From an uncultured Candidatus Entotheonella sp. (lineage in GTDB: Bacteria > Tectomicrobia > Entotheonellia > Entotheonellales > Entotheonellaceae): 64,000 bases of DNA. The position numbers and the translations under genes were made by a program. The stretch is from NCBI GenBank assembly GCA_965215335.1, contig CBDCDA010000001.1, positions 2,048,001 to 2,112,000 of the forward strand. Direction: 5' to 3'. The notes beneath the pieces were generated by a model. The model ran no database searches. It saw nothing but the letters and a program-made list of their open reading frames with translations, and was not told the DNA's origin. Below, in pieces: positions 28,459-38,749 of this stretch; the stretch's first letter is position 1, and every line of letters starts with the position of its first letter.

Positions 28459-28920
28459 ATGGACTCCGCGTCTCGACCTCACGACCCGAACGGACCGGGC
28501 ATGCCACCGCCTTTCGGCATCCGACCCTGCGAAGAAGCGGCGGGTTCTCGGTCACCCGGCAGCTCTGGCGTTGGCCGGCCTTCTGTCCCTGGCGATTGCC
28601 ATCGGGGATCGGTCGTTTCGTTTATACGCCGATCTTGCCTTATATGACCGCAGGCTTGGGACTCGGCAAATCGGAAGCGGGCCTCATTGCATCGACCAAT
28701 TTCTGGGATACCTGCTGGGCGCCCTCGCAGCCGCCTGGAGAGCCGTGCCGGGCGACCCACGCTACTGGCTGCTCGGCGTTTTGGCGGTAGGCGGGCTCAG
28801 CACCGGCACCATGGCGTTGGCAACGAGCCCAGGCCCGTTCTTGCTTCGCGCCTTACGAGTGGTGCTGCCGGCGCGCTGGTGCTGGCGTCTTCATTGGTCA
28901 TGGACCGGTTCGTCATCCGA
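28459..28920 (+). pseudogene. YbfB/YjiJ-type MFS transporter, frameshifted and truncated
   Basis: [28 protein letters not shown] split over several frames. Confidence 0.75.
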
Positions 28921-29908
28921 CCAGGCGTTCCAGGATGCGGGTGGTTTCGTCCGACGGCGCGTCTACCTGCACGGTGTGCATGTCGATTCCCGCTTCCGCC
29001 TGCGCTTCCAGGCGGTCCAGGCAGGCTTCCAGCGATGCGGCGAAAAAGAGGCTGTCGACGAGGTCGTCGGGCACCGCGGCGGTTCCGGCGGCGCGGCCGC
29101 CCTTGTCCCAGGCGGCGCGAATGGTCTGCACGGCGGCGCCATGGCCCAAGCGGGTGAGTTGCTCGCGGTAGTAATCGCCCATGTTGGTGACGTAAAACGC
29201 AATGTGGCTCTTGCCTTCCTGGCGATAGGCTTCGACGTTGCGGGTCACGGTGACGCTGCCCGGACTGCGCACGGTGATACTGCCGGGGTCGCGGCCCGCC
29301 GTCGACACCTGCTGGCGGAACGCCTTCACCTCCTGCCCGAGTTGCCCTAGCGGAATGAGAACCGGCATCCAGCCGTCGGCCAGCCGGGCGGTCTGGGCGA
29401 CGCTCTTGGGCGTCAGCGAGGCGATGAAAATCGGGATGTCAGCGCGCCGAGGCTCGAAGCGCAGCCGGAAGCCACGCTGCAGCGTGAACACCTTGCCCTC
29501 GTAGTGCAGCGGCTCCTGGGCGAGGATCATGCGGATAATCTCGATGTATTCACGCAGCCGCGTCAGGGACGGCTGGAAGGGCACCCCGTGCCAGTGCTCG
29601 ATAACGCGGTAGCCGCTGGTGCCGAGGCCGATCAGCATGCGCCCGTCACTCAGTTCGTCGAGGGTGGCGAAGTGCTGCGCCAGGGCCGCCGGGGTACGCG
29701 AGTAGGTGTTGACGATGCCACTGCCGAGCGTGATGCGCTTCGTTTCACGGGCCAGCACCGCCAGCATGGTGAAGCAATCGCGTCCCCACGCTTCCGGCAC
29801 CCACACCGTATCCACCCCCGCGTCGTCGGCCGCGCGCACCCGCGCAATGCCCTGTTCCCAGTCGAATGGCCCCTGCCAGTTAAACCCTACGGACAGCCGC
29901 CGTGCCAT
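28913..29908 (-). CDS. LLM-class (F420-type) oxidoreductase
   Basis: WVPEAWGRD, RTPA.LAQ..ATLD.LS.GR..GLG.SG. Confidence 0.92.
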   Translation of the reverse strand: MARRLSVGFNWQGPFDWEQGIARVRAADDAGVDTVWVPEAWGRDCFTMLAVLARETKRITLGSGIVNTYSRTPAALAQHFATLDELSDGRMLIGLGTSGYRVIEHWHGVPFQPSLTRLREYIEIIRMILAQEPLHYEGKVFTLQRGFRLRFEPRRADIPIFIASLTPKSVAQTARLADGWMPVLIPLGQLGQEVKAFRQQVSTAGRDPGSITVRSPGSVTVTRNVEAYRQEGKSHIAFYVTNMGDYYREQLTRLGHGAAVQTIRAAWDKGGRAAGTAAVPDDLVDSLFFAASLEACLDRLEAQAEAGIDMHTVQVDAPSDETTRILERLVG

Positions 29909-29940
29909 GCGTTGCTCCTTGTCTGATTAAGGCTATTGAA

Positions 29941-30981
29941 TTATTGACCGTTGAGAATGCTGCACATGATATCGGCGGCCCGTTCCACCTGGTGGCGGCT
30001 GACGTCGAGGTGCGTCACCAGGCGCATGCCGTGGCGCCCCATGGCGAGGGCCATAACGCCGCGCTGCCACATCGCCACCGCCAGGCCGGGCGCGTCCACG
30101 CGCGCCTCGTCGGGGTCGAGTTGCAGGTAGATGATGTTGGTTTCCACGCCGGACGGCTCGACGCGCAAGCCGGGAGCGCCGCTGATGCGTTCGGCGAGCA
30201 GCTTGGCGTGCAGATGATCGTCGGCGAGGCGTTCGACGTTGTTCTCCAGCGCGTAGATGCCCGCGGCGGCCAGGATGCCGGCCTGGCGCATGCCACCGCC
30301 GAACATCTTGCGGTAGCGCTGCGCCTTGCGGATGACATCGTCGCTGGCGGCAATGACGGAGCCGACCGGCGCGCCCAGTCCCTTGGACAGGCACAGCGTG
30401 CACGAATCGAAATACCGGGTGATCTCGGTCGCCTGCAGGCCGGAGGCCACGGTGGCGTTCATCAGGCGGGCGCCGTCGAGGTGCATGACGAGCCCTTCGG
30501 CGCGGGCCACGTCGTGGATGTCCTTGACGCGGTCCATGGGATAGACGGTCCCGCCGCCGCGGTTGTGGGTATTTTCCAGCGACACCAGGCGGGTCGGGGC
30601 GTTATGCACGTCGTTGCCGTGGCGAATCACCCGCGCCACCTGCTCGGCGGACAGCACGCCGCGCTGACCGTCCAGCAGGTTGACCTGGACGCCGGACAGC
30701 GCCGCCAAACCGCCGGACTCGCTGTTGAACGGGTGGCTGGTACGCTCCATGATGATCTCGTCGCCGGGCTGCGTGTGCACCTTGATGGAGATCTGATTGG
30801 CCATGGTGCCGGAGGGCACGTACAGTGCCGCTTCCTTGCCCAGCACTTGCGCGGCGAGTTCCTGCAACCGGTTGACGGACGGGTCCTCGCCGAATACGTC
30901 GTCGCCGACCTCGGCCTCGGCCATGGCGCGGCGCATCTCCGGAGACGGTTTGCTAACGGTATCGCTGCGCAAATCGATCAT
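29941..30981 (-). CDS. ltaE: low-specificity L-threonine aldolase
   Basis: DLRSDT, SGTMAN, ENTHN, HLDGAR, SKGLGAP, GGGMRQ. Confidence 0.96.
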   Translation of the reverse strand: MIDLRSDTVSKPSPEMRRAMAEAEVGDDVFGEDPSVNRLQELAAQVLGKEAALYVPSGTMANQISIKVHTQPGDEIIMERTSHPFNSESGGLAALSGVQVNLLDGQRGVLSAEQVARVIRHGNDVHNAPTRLVSLENTHNRGGGTVYPMDRVKDIHDVARAEGLVMHLDGARLMNATVASGLQATEITRYFDSCTLCLSKGLGAPVGSVIAASDDVIRKAQRYRKMFGGGMRQAGILAAAGIYALENNVERLADDHLHAKLLAERISGAPGLRVEPSGVETNIIYLQLDPDEARVDAPGLAVAMWQRGVMALAMGRHGMRLVTHLDVSRHQVERAADIMCSILNGQ

Positions 30982-31829
30982 GAGCGCGCCTCCTCCTGCT
31001 GATGCCATTCACCGCTGAACACCTCCACGGCCGGACCGGTCATCAAGACCTGGTTGTCGCTCGTCTGCCATTCCAATTCCAGGGGACCGCCGAGCAGATG
31101 CGCGGTGACCCGCCGGTCCGTACGCCCGGTGAGGTGGCACGCCACCGCGGCGGCCGAGGCGCCGGTGCCGCAGGCGAGCGTTTCGCCGGAGCCGCGTTCC
31201 CAGACGCGCATGCTGAACGATTCCCGGTCGTGCACCTGGATGAACTCGGTGTTGACCCCCTCCGGGAACACGTCGTGGTGCTCGAAATGCGGCCCCCAGC
31301 GGGCCACGTCGAAGTTGTCAACGTCTTCCACGAACACCACGCAGTGCGGGTTGCCCATGGATACCGCGGTGACGTCGAAGCTGGTGCCGGCGACGAGGAG
31401 CGGTTCGTTAATGACTTCGCCCGGCCCGCCCTGCATGGGAATTTGCGCCCGTTGCAGACGGGGCTCGCCCATCTTGACGCACACCCTATCCACCGCGCCG
31501 TCGGCGACAAGCAGATCCAGGTTCAGAACGCCCGCCCGGGTCTCGACATCCAGGCTGGTGCGACGGACGATATCGTGATCGTAGACGTATTTGGCTACGC
31601 AGCGGATACCATTGCCGCACATTTGCGCCTCGCTGCCGTCGGCGTTGAACATGCGCATGCGGCAATCGGCTTTGTCGGAGGGCAGGATGAGGATCAGGCC
31701 ATCGGCGCCGATGCCGAAATGCCGATCGCTCACCGCCCGCGCAATCGCGGCGGGGTCGTCGACTTGTTCGTCGAAACCGTTGACGTACACGTAATCGTTA
31801 CCAAGTCCATGCATTTTGGTGAAGCGCAT
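30978..31829 (-). CDS. dapF: diaminopimelate epimerase
   Basis: [30 protein letters not shown]. Confidence 0.97.
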   Translation of the reverse strand: MRFTKMHGLGNDYVYVNGFDEQVDDPAAIARAVSDRHFGIGADGLILILPSDKADCRMRMFNADGSEAQMCGNGIRCVAKYVYDHDIVRRTSLDVETRAGVLNLDLLVADGAVDRVCVKMGEPRLQRAQIPMQGGPGEVINEPLLVAGTSFDVTAVSMGNPHCVVFVEDVDNFDVARWGPHFEHHDVFPEGVNTEFIQVHDRESFSMRVWERGSGETLACGTGASAAAVACHLTGRTDRRVTAHLLGGPLELEWQTSDNQVLMTGPAVEVFSGEWHQQEEARS

Positions 31830-32112
31830 GCCACCATCCCCGCATCTGATGATCGTCTCGGAGGCCACTGGTCAAAGGACTGCGTGTTTCTCGGTCCCGG
31901 TACGGTGGCAAAACCCCGCACGGTTTGTCAAGCCGAGAATGGTTTGACTTCATGGTTTGACTTCATTGACGACACTCCATAACCTGCCGCCCCTATTTTC
32001 CAGACTGCCTTGTACAAGCTGTACAAGCTCCGGGGATTGACTCCCCAGCCAAGTTCGATCCACTGGCGCTAACGCTCCAAGGAGCCGGGGCGAGTCGTCC
32101 TGAGCGTTCCTT

Positions 32113-32412
32113 GATCAGGAGGGGTACGACGCGGTGCGGAGGGCAAGCTTTTGCCTGCTCACAGGGCTGGCGATGCAGATTTTCATCCTGCAGGAACTCT
32201 CCGCTTCTGCTGACACCGCGCGCAAGAAGGTCCTCAGGATCGCCTGTGAGGAGCAGGAAACCCTCGCCCCCCACGTGGCGATTCTCGGGCAGACGCAGGC
32301 CAGCTTGCGAATCCTGTATCGCGGCCTGACTCGTTTCGCCATCAAGGAGGTCAGTGAAACGGCACCGGACAGCACGGAGGTCGTCAAGCAGCAGGAATGG
32401 AACGTCGGATGA
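32113..32412 (+). pseudogene. probable 3' remnant of an unidentified gene
   Basis: coding-like frame without a convincing start; stop supplied by the REP-like element. Confidence 0.3.
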
Positions 32413-32434
32413 CGCTTTCGCTAATCCGACCTGC
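32404..32434. repeat. REP-like palindrome (GCAG-type), copy 2
   Basis: gtcggatgacgctttcgctaatccgacctgc; matches 76..106. Confidence 0.65.
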
Positions 32435-32472
32435 CGGTTGATCCGAAAGTTCTGCGGGACATCATCCGAGTT

Positions 32473-33027
32473 TCAGCGAGCGCCGCAGTCCGTTACGAGT
32501 TCGTAGGATTCGACAACGCGATTGCCATTCACCCTCAATGCGATGGCCGGCTCACAGGGGGGATTGAGCTGGGCGGTGCTGTTTTGGACCAGGCCCAGCA
32601 TGCCTTCCAGCTCTTCGGGAAATGCTTTGAGACGTTCGTACAGTTCGGGGCAGACACCTTCGGGGTTTATTTTGGGGTACCAGTCGGCATAGGCGTTACC
32701 CTGGTAGAAGTAGATTTGCGAATCGATGAGACGCTGCCTTCCCTGAAGGGGAATTCCCATCCCCTCTTGCGTCCAGAGTTCCAGGCGCACAAAGGCTTCG
32801 GCAACCACGAAAGCCTTGCCGTCTTGAAGACCGGTATACGGGACGCTCTTACAGTCCGTACCCGTACTGAAACTGTAGAGATTTTCTCGGGTAACGACGA
32901 CCCTCGACCCCTGCTGGCCCGTCTCCATGCCCTGGGCAAAACTCATCAGAGCAAAACCGGCCAACAATGCAAAGCCCGAGTAAACCTTCCAGCTTTTCTG
33001 AACACCAACGGTCATTTTATTGTCCAT
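32473..33027 (-). CDS. exported hypothetical protein, AT-richer than the host
   Basis: GAGG RBS, signal-peptide-like FALLAGFALMSFA, 4 Cys. Confidence 0.6.
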   Translation of the reverse strand: MDNKMTVGVQKSWKVYSGFALLAGFALMSFAQGMETGQQGSRVVVTRENLYSFSTGTDCKSVPYTGLQDGKAFVVAEAFVRLELWTQEGMGIPLQGRQRLIDSQIYFYQGNAYADWYPKINPEGVCPELYERLKAFPEELEGMLGLVQNSTAQLNPPCEPAIALRVNGNRVVESYELVTDCGAR

Positions 33028-33203
33028 TATGTTTCCTCGCCGCCTCCCTCGCCACAAACACCCTGCCAACTTTGCCGCAAGTATTTGCCGCACAGTAGCA
33101 GAGTCGTTTCAGAACATAAAGACAGGGCATCTGCCAGAGTAAGCGCTATCGCATATGAGGATTGCCCGTAATAACCATGCGACGCTCCATAAGCCCGTCT
33201 GCA

Positions 33204-33244
33204 CGTCATGCCGGGCTTGACCCGGCACCCACGGCGGCATGACG
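33204..33244. repeat. palindromic repeat element (gtcatgccgggcttgacccggca type), internally shortened
   Basis: cgtcatgcc...ggcatgacg terminal inverted repeat with internal gccggg-cttga-cccggc stem. Confidence 0.55.
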
Positions 33245-33393
33245 CCACGGTGGACACCAATCAATCTTGAACGGCTGTATCCGCATGGCGCCCTCTGCGC
33301 TTGCCCTGGACTGGAAAGGTGCGACTCCAGTCCGGATGGGTTTTATGCTAGGATGCCAAGCTGTTCCCACAGATTCTCGATGGAGGAACGGAC

Positions 33394-34110
33394 TTGCAAC
33401 CCTCACGACGCGCGTACGGCTCTCGTTCTTGGGTGTGGTGCGTGGTGCTCGCGGCAATTTTGAGCAGCTGCAATACGGCGCATCAGTACCGCTACGACTA
33501 CGTGCTGAAGGCTTCTGGCGACCATGCGGAGGGGATCATCGAGGACGACCAAGTGCAGGTACAAGCGACGCCGACGGCGGTGCCAGGCGTTGTGCAAATG
33601 GTGGTAACCAACAAGAGTCTGGAACCCGTGGCGGTGGTGTGGCAGGAGTCCTACTTCGTCAATCCGCACGGGCACCGGTATCAGGCGGTCAATACGGATC
33701 AGAACATCATTCGTGCCCCGGACGCCTCGATGCGCGAAGGCGTGATTGCGCCAGGCACGACGTGGCGAGGAACTGTGCAACCGGGCGGCACGCCGACGAC
33801 TCGACCGTTGCAGACCACACCGTCGCGCTACCAGGCCGACCGGCGCCTGCCGACCGGGATTGACCAGGGCGGCTTGTCGCCCGTGGACCGGCAACTGGTT
33901 CTGAACCCGCTCACCGTGACGCTTCACGAGGGCGGCGAAGTGGTGCTCGCCTCCCCTGCCTCATCCTTCCTTCCCAACGCCGGGAACGCCCCGGCACTGG
34001 CCGAAGCGTACCAAGGCCAGGAATTCCACCTCGTGCTGGGTTTGCAAACCGGCGACGACATCACGCCCTATCGCTTCACCTTCGTCATCACCGACGTTCG
34101 GGTACGCTGA
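33394..34110 (+). CDS. putative lipoprotein
   Basis: GGAGG RBS, TTG start, lipobox LSSC. Confidence 0.7.
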   Translation: MQPSRRAYGSRSWVWCVVLAAILSSCNTAHQYRYDYVLKASGDHAEGIIEDDQVQVQATPTAVPGVVQMVVTNKSLEPVAVVWQESYFVNPHGHRYQAVNTDQNIIRAPDASMREGVIAPGTTWRGTVQPGGTPTTRPLQTTPSRYQADRRLPTGIDQGGLSPVDRQLVLNPLTVTLHEGGEVVLASPASSFLPNAGNAPALAEAYQGQEFHLVLGLQTGDDITPYRFTFVITDVRVR

Positions 34111-34141
34111 GACCACTCATCACACCCGGCTCCCGCGGCGA

Positions 34142-34670
34142 TCAGGTGCCCGCCACTTCGACCAAGGTGTCGGAAAACGTCGGCGCGTTGCCGCAATCCG
34201 CGAACGCCGGCGGGTTGATCGCGTTCACCGTGTGCCCTTTGCGGCTGCCCATGGCCCAATAGCCCATGGGAGCCACGATGACACCCGGGCGGGCGTCTTC
34301 GGTGATCCGCGCCACCGCGTGGAAATCGCCACGGTCGTTAAAGACACGAACCTCACCGCCGTCGGTGATGCCCCACTGGCCGGTGTCCGCCGGATTGATC
34401 ATTGCCATCTGCTCGCCAGCGTGATGCAATTGCGTTCTCAGATTGCCGAACGACGAGTTCAGGAAGGCATGGCTCTGCGGAGAACAGGGGCAATACCATG
34501 TTGCCGACCTCGGCCATCGAGGACTTGAATTCGAGTTTTCCGGACGGCGTCGGGAAATTGCCCTCGCGGTGCGGCACGGAGTCGTCCGGCGAGCCGACCT
34601 TGAGGCGGGCAAATCCGGTGCAACGTAAACTGTCGAGATCGATGCCTTCGAGCACCGGATGCTCCAAACT
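34142..34670 (-). pseudogene. C-terminal remnant of a molybdopterin oxidoreductase
   Basis: FPTPSGKLE in one frame; FLNSSF...INP.D...G..VRVFNDRG...RPGV in another; N-terminus missing. Confidence 0.8.
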
Positions 34671-34753
34671 CGGTCGTCGCTATAGACCCGATAGACCCGT
34701 TCTTCGTTCGTTGACCTTGACGCAGAGTCCGCCCCGCGTGAACGGGTGATCCG

Positions 34754-34773
34754 GGTTGCCCCGTACGGCAACC
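34754..34773. terminator. hairpin downstream of the aminotransferase
   Basis: ggttgcc-ccgtac-ggcaacc. Confidence 0.35.
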
Positions 34774-34815
34774 GCCTTGCCGTCACGAACGGTGGTCAAC
34801 TCTGAGGCCGCAACC

Positions 34816-36171
34816 CTATACCCCGCGCAACGCCGCCGGAATGGCATCGTGCAGAATCTCCACGATGCGATCCACCTGCTGCGCGGTAGTCACCAAAGGC
34901 GGTGCCAAGCAGACCACCTCGCCTCGCATGCGGGTGAACAGCCCGCGTTGCACCATCTCCTGGTGCAGGCGCGGCCCCACTTTGGCATCAGCCGGGAACG
35001 GCACCTTGGTGGCCTTGTCGGCCACCAGCTCGACCGCAGTCATCAAGCCCAGGCCGCGCACGTCGCCGACGCCGTCCAGGTCATCCAGCGTGTGCAGTCC
35101 TTCGAGCAGGCGATTGCCCATCTCGGCGGCCCGCTGCACCAGCCCCTCGCGTTCGATGATGTCGACGTTGGCCAACGCCACCGCGCTGCTGGTGGGATGA
35201 CCGGAGTAGGTGTAGGCGTGCATCCAGCGCCGCGACGGCGGCACGTCGGCCATGACCTGCTTCACCTTGTCCGACACGCCGATGCCGCCGAGCGGCACGT
35301 AGCCGCTGGTGATGCCCTTGGCGAACTGCATGATGTCCGGCTCGATATCCCAGTGCTCCAGGCCGAACCAGGTGCCGGTGCGTCCGAAGCCGGTGATGAC
35401 GTCGTCGCAGATCAGCAGAACGTCGTATGTATCGCAGATTTCGCGGATGCGCGGGAAGTAATCCTCCTGCGGCACGATGACGCCACCGGCGCCCTGAACC
35501 GGCTCGGCGATGAACGCCGCAACCGTGTCCGGTCCCTCGCGCAGGACGGCCTCTTCCAGCAGACTGGCCGCCGCCACGCCGGGGCTGGTGCTGCCGTCGC
35601 CGTCTTGGAAGCGATACGGATACGGCGAATCGATCTGCACGAAATTAGGCACCAGGGGCTCGAACATGCGCCAGTAGTCCGGGATGCCGGTGGCGCTCAT
35701 GGCGGCCATGGTGACGCCGTGGTAACCCAGGCGGCGGGAGATGATCTTGATTTTGTCCGGCTTGCCCTGCGCCTTCCAGTAAAACCGCGCCGTCTTGAAC
35801 GAGCTCTCGGTCGATTCGGCGCCGCCGCTGGTAAAGAAGAAGGTGTTGATGGAGGGATAGGCCAGGGCGCTGAGGCGCTCCGCCAGCTCGATGGCCGGCA
35901 GGTTGCTGGCGCCGGTGTAGGAGGAGCAGTAGGCGAGGGTCTGCATCTGCTGCATCGCCGCCTCGGCCAGTTCCCGCCTGCCGTGGCCGACGTTGATGTT
36001 CCACAACCCGCTGAGGCCGTCGATGAACTCCTCGCCGTGAACGTCCCGCATGACGGCGCCGCTGGCTTCGACCCATATCTTCGGCTCCCGATGGTCAGAG
36101 GGGTGATACAACGGGTGAATGAGGTGGGCCAAGTCGGATTGCGTGCGCTCGACCGCCGTGCGTGATGTCAT
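34816..36171 (-). CDS. class III (omega-amino acid) aminotransferase
   Basis: SGLWN.NVGHG, GYHG, FIAEPVQGAGG, DDVITGFGRTG, AKGITSGY.PL. Confidence 0.95.
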   Translation of the reverse strand: MTSRTAVERTQSDLAHLIHPLYHPSDHREPKIWVEASGAVMRDVHGEEFIDGLSGLWNINVGHGRRELAEAAMQQMQTLAYCSSYTGASNLPAIELAERLSALAYPSINTFFFTSGGAESTESSFKTARFYWKAQGKPDKIKIISRRLGYHGVTMAAMSATGIPDYWRMFEPLVPNFVQIDSPYPYRFQDGDGSTSPGVAAASLLEEAVLREGPDTVAAFIAEPVQGAGGVIVPQEDYFPRIREICDTYDVLLICDDVITGFGRTGTWFGLEHWDIEPDIMQFAKGITSGYVPLGGIGVSDKVKQVMADVPPSRRWMHAYTYSGHPTSSAVALANVDIIEREGLVQRAAEMGNRLLEGLHTLDDLDGVGDVRGLGLMTAVELVADKATKVPFPADAKVGPRLHQEMVQRGLFTRMRGEVVCLAPPLVTTAQQVDRIVEILHDAIPAALRGV

Positions 36172-36373
36172 CTTGCTGTCCCCCGCAAAAGAGTAGGAAT
36201 GCCCCGGCTGCACGGCGTCCGGTTGTACAGAAGCCCCGTGTCGATGTCAAGGCGACCGGCGGGCCGCGCCGCGGCTTGCTTCAGGCGTGCTCTGCTGTTT
36301 ACAATGCCGTCCTGGTTGTCTGTCCGGACTGACGTGTCCTCGCCTGCCCGTCGCGCCCTAGAAAGGAAACCCA

Positions 36374-37003
36374 GTGGGACTGGAAACGATCTTTGGGAGC
36401 GGATTCATCACTTCGCAGCTCAACAAAATCATCAACTGGGGTCGCAAGAACTCCTTCTTTCCCCTGCCCTTCGTGACCGCCTGCTGCGGCATGGAATTCA
36501 TGGCCACCTGGGGGTCACATTACGATGTTGCCCGCTTCGGCGCGGAACTGCCGCGATTTTCGCCCCGGCAATCGGACCTGCTCATGGTGGTCGGCACGAT
36601 CAATCACAAGATCGCCCCGGTCCTCAAGCGCGTCTATGATCAGATGTGCGAGCCGAAGTGGGTGATCGCCTTCGGGGCCTGCGCGTCGTCGGGGGGGTTT
36701 TACCGGAATTACGCCACCGTGCAGGGCATCGACCGCATCATTCCGGTGGACGTGTACATCGCCGGTTGCCCGCCGCGACCTGAGGCGGTACTGGAGGGGC
36801 TCATGCTGCTGCAGAAGAAGGTCGAGGGCGAGGACGTTCTCAATCGCGGCGCTCCCGTCATGGTAAACGGCCAGCCCTATTCCGACGACCGCCTGGTGCA
36901 CGTCGAGCCGCCCGTGGACCGCCGGGCCGACCCCGTCGTGGCGTCGCACGAGGGGCCGGGCGTGCACCCCTGGCAGGGCTTTGAACAAACCGAGCGCCGC
37001 TGA
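36374..37003 (+). CDS. nuoB: NADH-quinone oxidoreductase subunit B (stand-alone)
   Basis: TACCGME, FSPRQ.D, QM.EPKWV..FGAC, GCPPRPE. Confidence 0.95.
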   Translation: MGLETIFGSGFITSQLNKIINWGRKNSFFPLPFVTACCGMEFMATWGSHYDVARFGAELPRFSPRQSDLLMVVGTINHKIAPVLKRVYDQMCEPKWVIAFGACASSGGFYRNYATVQGIDRIIPVDVYIAGCPPRPEAVLEGLMLLQKKVEGEDVLNRGAPVMVNGQPYSDDRLVHVEPPVDRRADPVVASHEGPGVHPWQGFEQTERR

Positions 37004-37027
37004 TCCAATCAGCCGCCGGCGCCGGCT

Positions 37028-37927
37028 TCAATTGTCCGTTGGCGGTCGGCGCACCTGCATTCCCAGGTTATCTTCCAATACCTGCATCATGCCGCTCAGA
37101 TCGTTCCCGCCGCGGCCGTTGGCGCGTGCCTGACGCATCAGGTTGATGCACACGCTGCCCATCACCAACGGCACCGACAACTCATCGCCGAGTTCCAGGG
37201 CCAAACGCAAATCCTTGTGCGCCAGGTCGATGGTGAAGCCGGGCGCGAAATCACCCGCGAATATCTTGTGGGGAAACTGCCGCATGGCCCAGCTGGCGCC
37301 GCTGCTGGACTGGACGATGTCGTGCAGAATCTGCGGCTCCACACCCGCCTTGACGCCCAGCAGCATGCCTTCGAACGCCGCCATGGAGTTAACAAAGGCC
37401 AGCATGTTGTTGACCACCTTGGCCACGCAGCCGCTGCCGCTGTCGCCCACCCGGAAAACATTGGCGCCGATGTGCTGCAGCAGGGGCCGGACGGTTTCAA
37501 AGGCGTTGGCGTCGCCGCCCACCATGACGGCCAAGGTCGCTTGCTCGGCGCCCACCACGCCACCGCTCACCGGCGCATCCAGCATCGTGACGCCCTTGGC
37601 TGCCAGCGTGGCGCATAGCCGTTGCGCCACGGTCGGGGAATTGGTGCTCAGATCGACGTAAATCAGGCCCGGGTGCGCGGCGCCGGCAATGCCGTCGGTC
37701 CCCAGCGCCACCTGCTCGATTTCGCGCGGCCCCGGCAGCGAACTGAACACGACGTCACACGCCAGCGCCACCGCCTTGGGACTGTTGGCCTGCCGGGCTC
37801 CCAGGCTTACCATGCGCGCCAGGTTCGACGGTTGCACGTCGAATACCAGCACGTCATGGCCGGCCTCAATCAGGTGGCGACACATCGGCGTGCCAATGTT
37901 CCCGACCCCGATAAATCCAAGTTGCAT
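37028..37927 (-). CDS. beta-hydroxyacid dehydrogenase (3-hydroxyisobutyrate dehydrogenase family)
   Basis: GFIGVGNIG, DAPVSGG, K..NN, F.PGF..L..KD. Confidence 0.93.
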   Translation of the reverse strand: MQLGFIGVGNIGTPMCRHLIEAGHDVLVFDVQPSNLARMVSLGARQANSPKAVALACDVVFSSLPGPREIEQVALGTDGIAGAAHPGLIYVDLSTNSPTVAQRLCATLAAKGVTMLDAPVSGGVVGAEQATLAVMVGGDANAFETVRPLLQHIGANVFRVGDSGSGCVAKVVNNMLAFVNSMAAFEGMLLGVKAGVEPQILHDIVQSSSGASWAMRQFPHKIFAGDFAPGFTIDLAHKDLRLALELGDELSVPLVMGSVCINLMRQARANGRGGNDLSGMMQVLEDNLGMQVRRPPTDN

Positions 37928-38146
37928 CACGATTCCCCTCTCGCAGGTAGGATTTCCCGGTCCATCCGGCACCGTATGCTTTCATGAAGACGCCCATCGT
38001 ACACACGCTGAAAGGCGCGCTCAAGACTGCACGGGCCGCGTTACGGCGCGGCCAAGAGCGGCTTGACCACGCCCATGCCCCTTGCTAGAGTGAATCGTGA
38101 CTTCAGCTGCCAGCCTGTCCCCCTCTAACCGAATCAGGGACGATTC

Positions 38147-38620
38147 ATGAGCACGCTCCCAGCCAGCAAAGAAGCGACCATCCTCAAGCTGCTGGCAGAG
38201 GGAGACACCATGCTGTGCCTCGACGCACGTCATCCCGGCGCCTGCGTTCCGCCGCACCAGGCCCAAAACCCGGCCCTACGCCTGATCCTCAATCGCAACT
38301 TTCCCCACCCCATCGACGTGACTGCCGAGGGTATCAGCGTCAACTTGTCGTTCGGTGGGCGACGGTTCGATTGCTACGTCCCGATGGACGCGCTGTGGGC
38401 GGCATTCAATCCGCACACCATGGAGGGCGCCCTGTGGCAGGCGAACGCCGTGCCCGCAGTGCTGGAGAATCTCAAGGCTCGGTTGCAAGTGGAGTCAGCC
38501 GCCGAGCACGCTCCCGACGCGGCACGCGAGACCGGGCCAAAAGCGGTGCCGCGTACCAACGGCGAGACACCAGCCGCCAAAACGCCGCGCAAACGGGGCC
38601 ATTTGCGTTTGGTGAAGTAA
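38147..38620 (+). CDS. sspB: ClpXP adaptor SspB-like protein
   Basis: LSFGG....VP..A; C-terminal HLRLVK. Confidence 0.85.
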   Translation: MSTLPASKEATILKLLAEGDTMLCLDARHPGACVPPHQAQNPALRLILNRNFPHPIDVTAEGISVNLSFGGRRFDCYVPMDALWAAFNPHTMEGALWQANAVPAVLENLKARLQVESAAEHAPDAARETGPKAVPRTNGETPAAKTPRKRGHLRLVK

Positions 38621-38684
38621 CCTGGCCCCCGCCCCACCGGACGCGAAACCACACCAATGTTGATCAGGAGAGAATGACAAAGGG

Positions 38685-38711
38685 GCTTGACGGTCGGAGC
38701 GACCGTCAAGC
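38685..38711. terminator. hairpin between convergent sspB and cytochrome c' genes
   Basis: gcttgacggtcg-gag-cgaccgtcaagc. Confidence 0.55.
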
Positions 38712-38749
38712 GAAAGGGATGGGCCAAGCAGCACGACCCCGCAGGGCGC

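Noticed and set aside
32030..32065. tRNA-like gttcgatcc T-loop (possible att site)
   Set aside because: No T-stem, acceptor stem or CCA; no integrase nearby.
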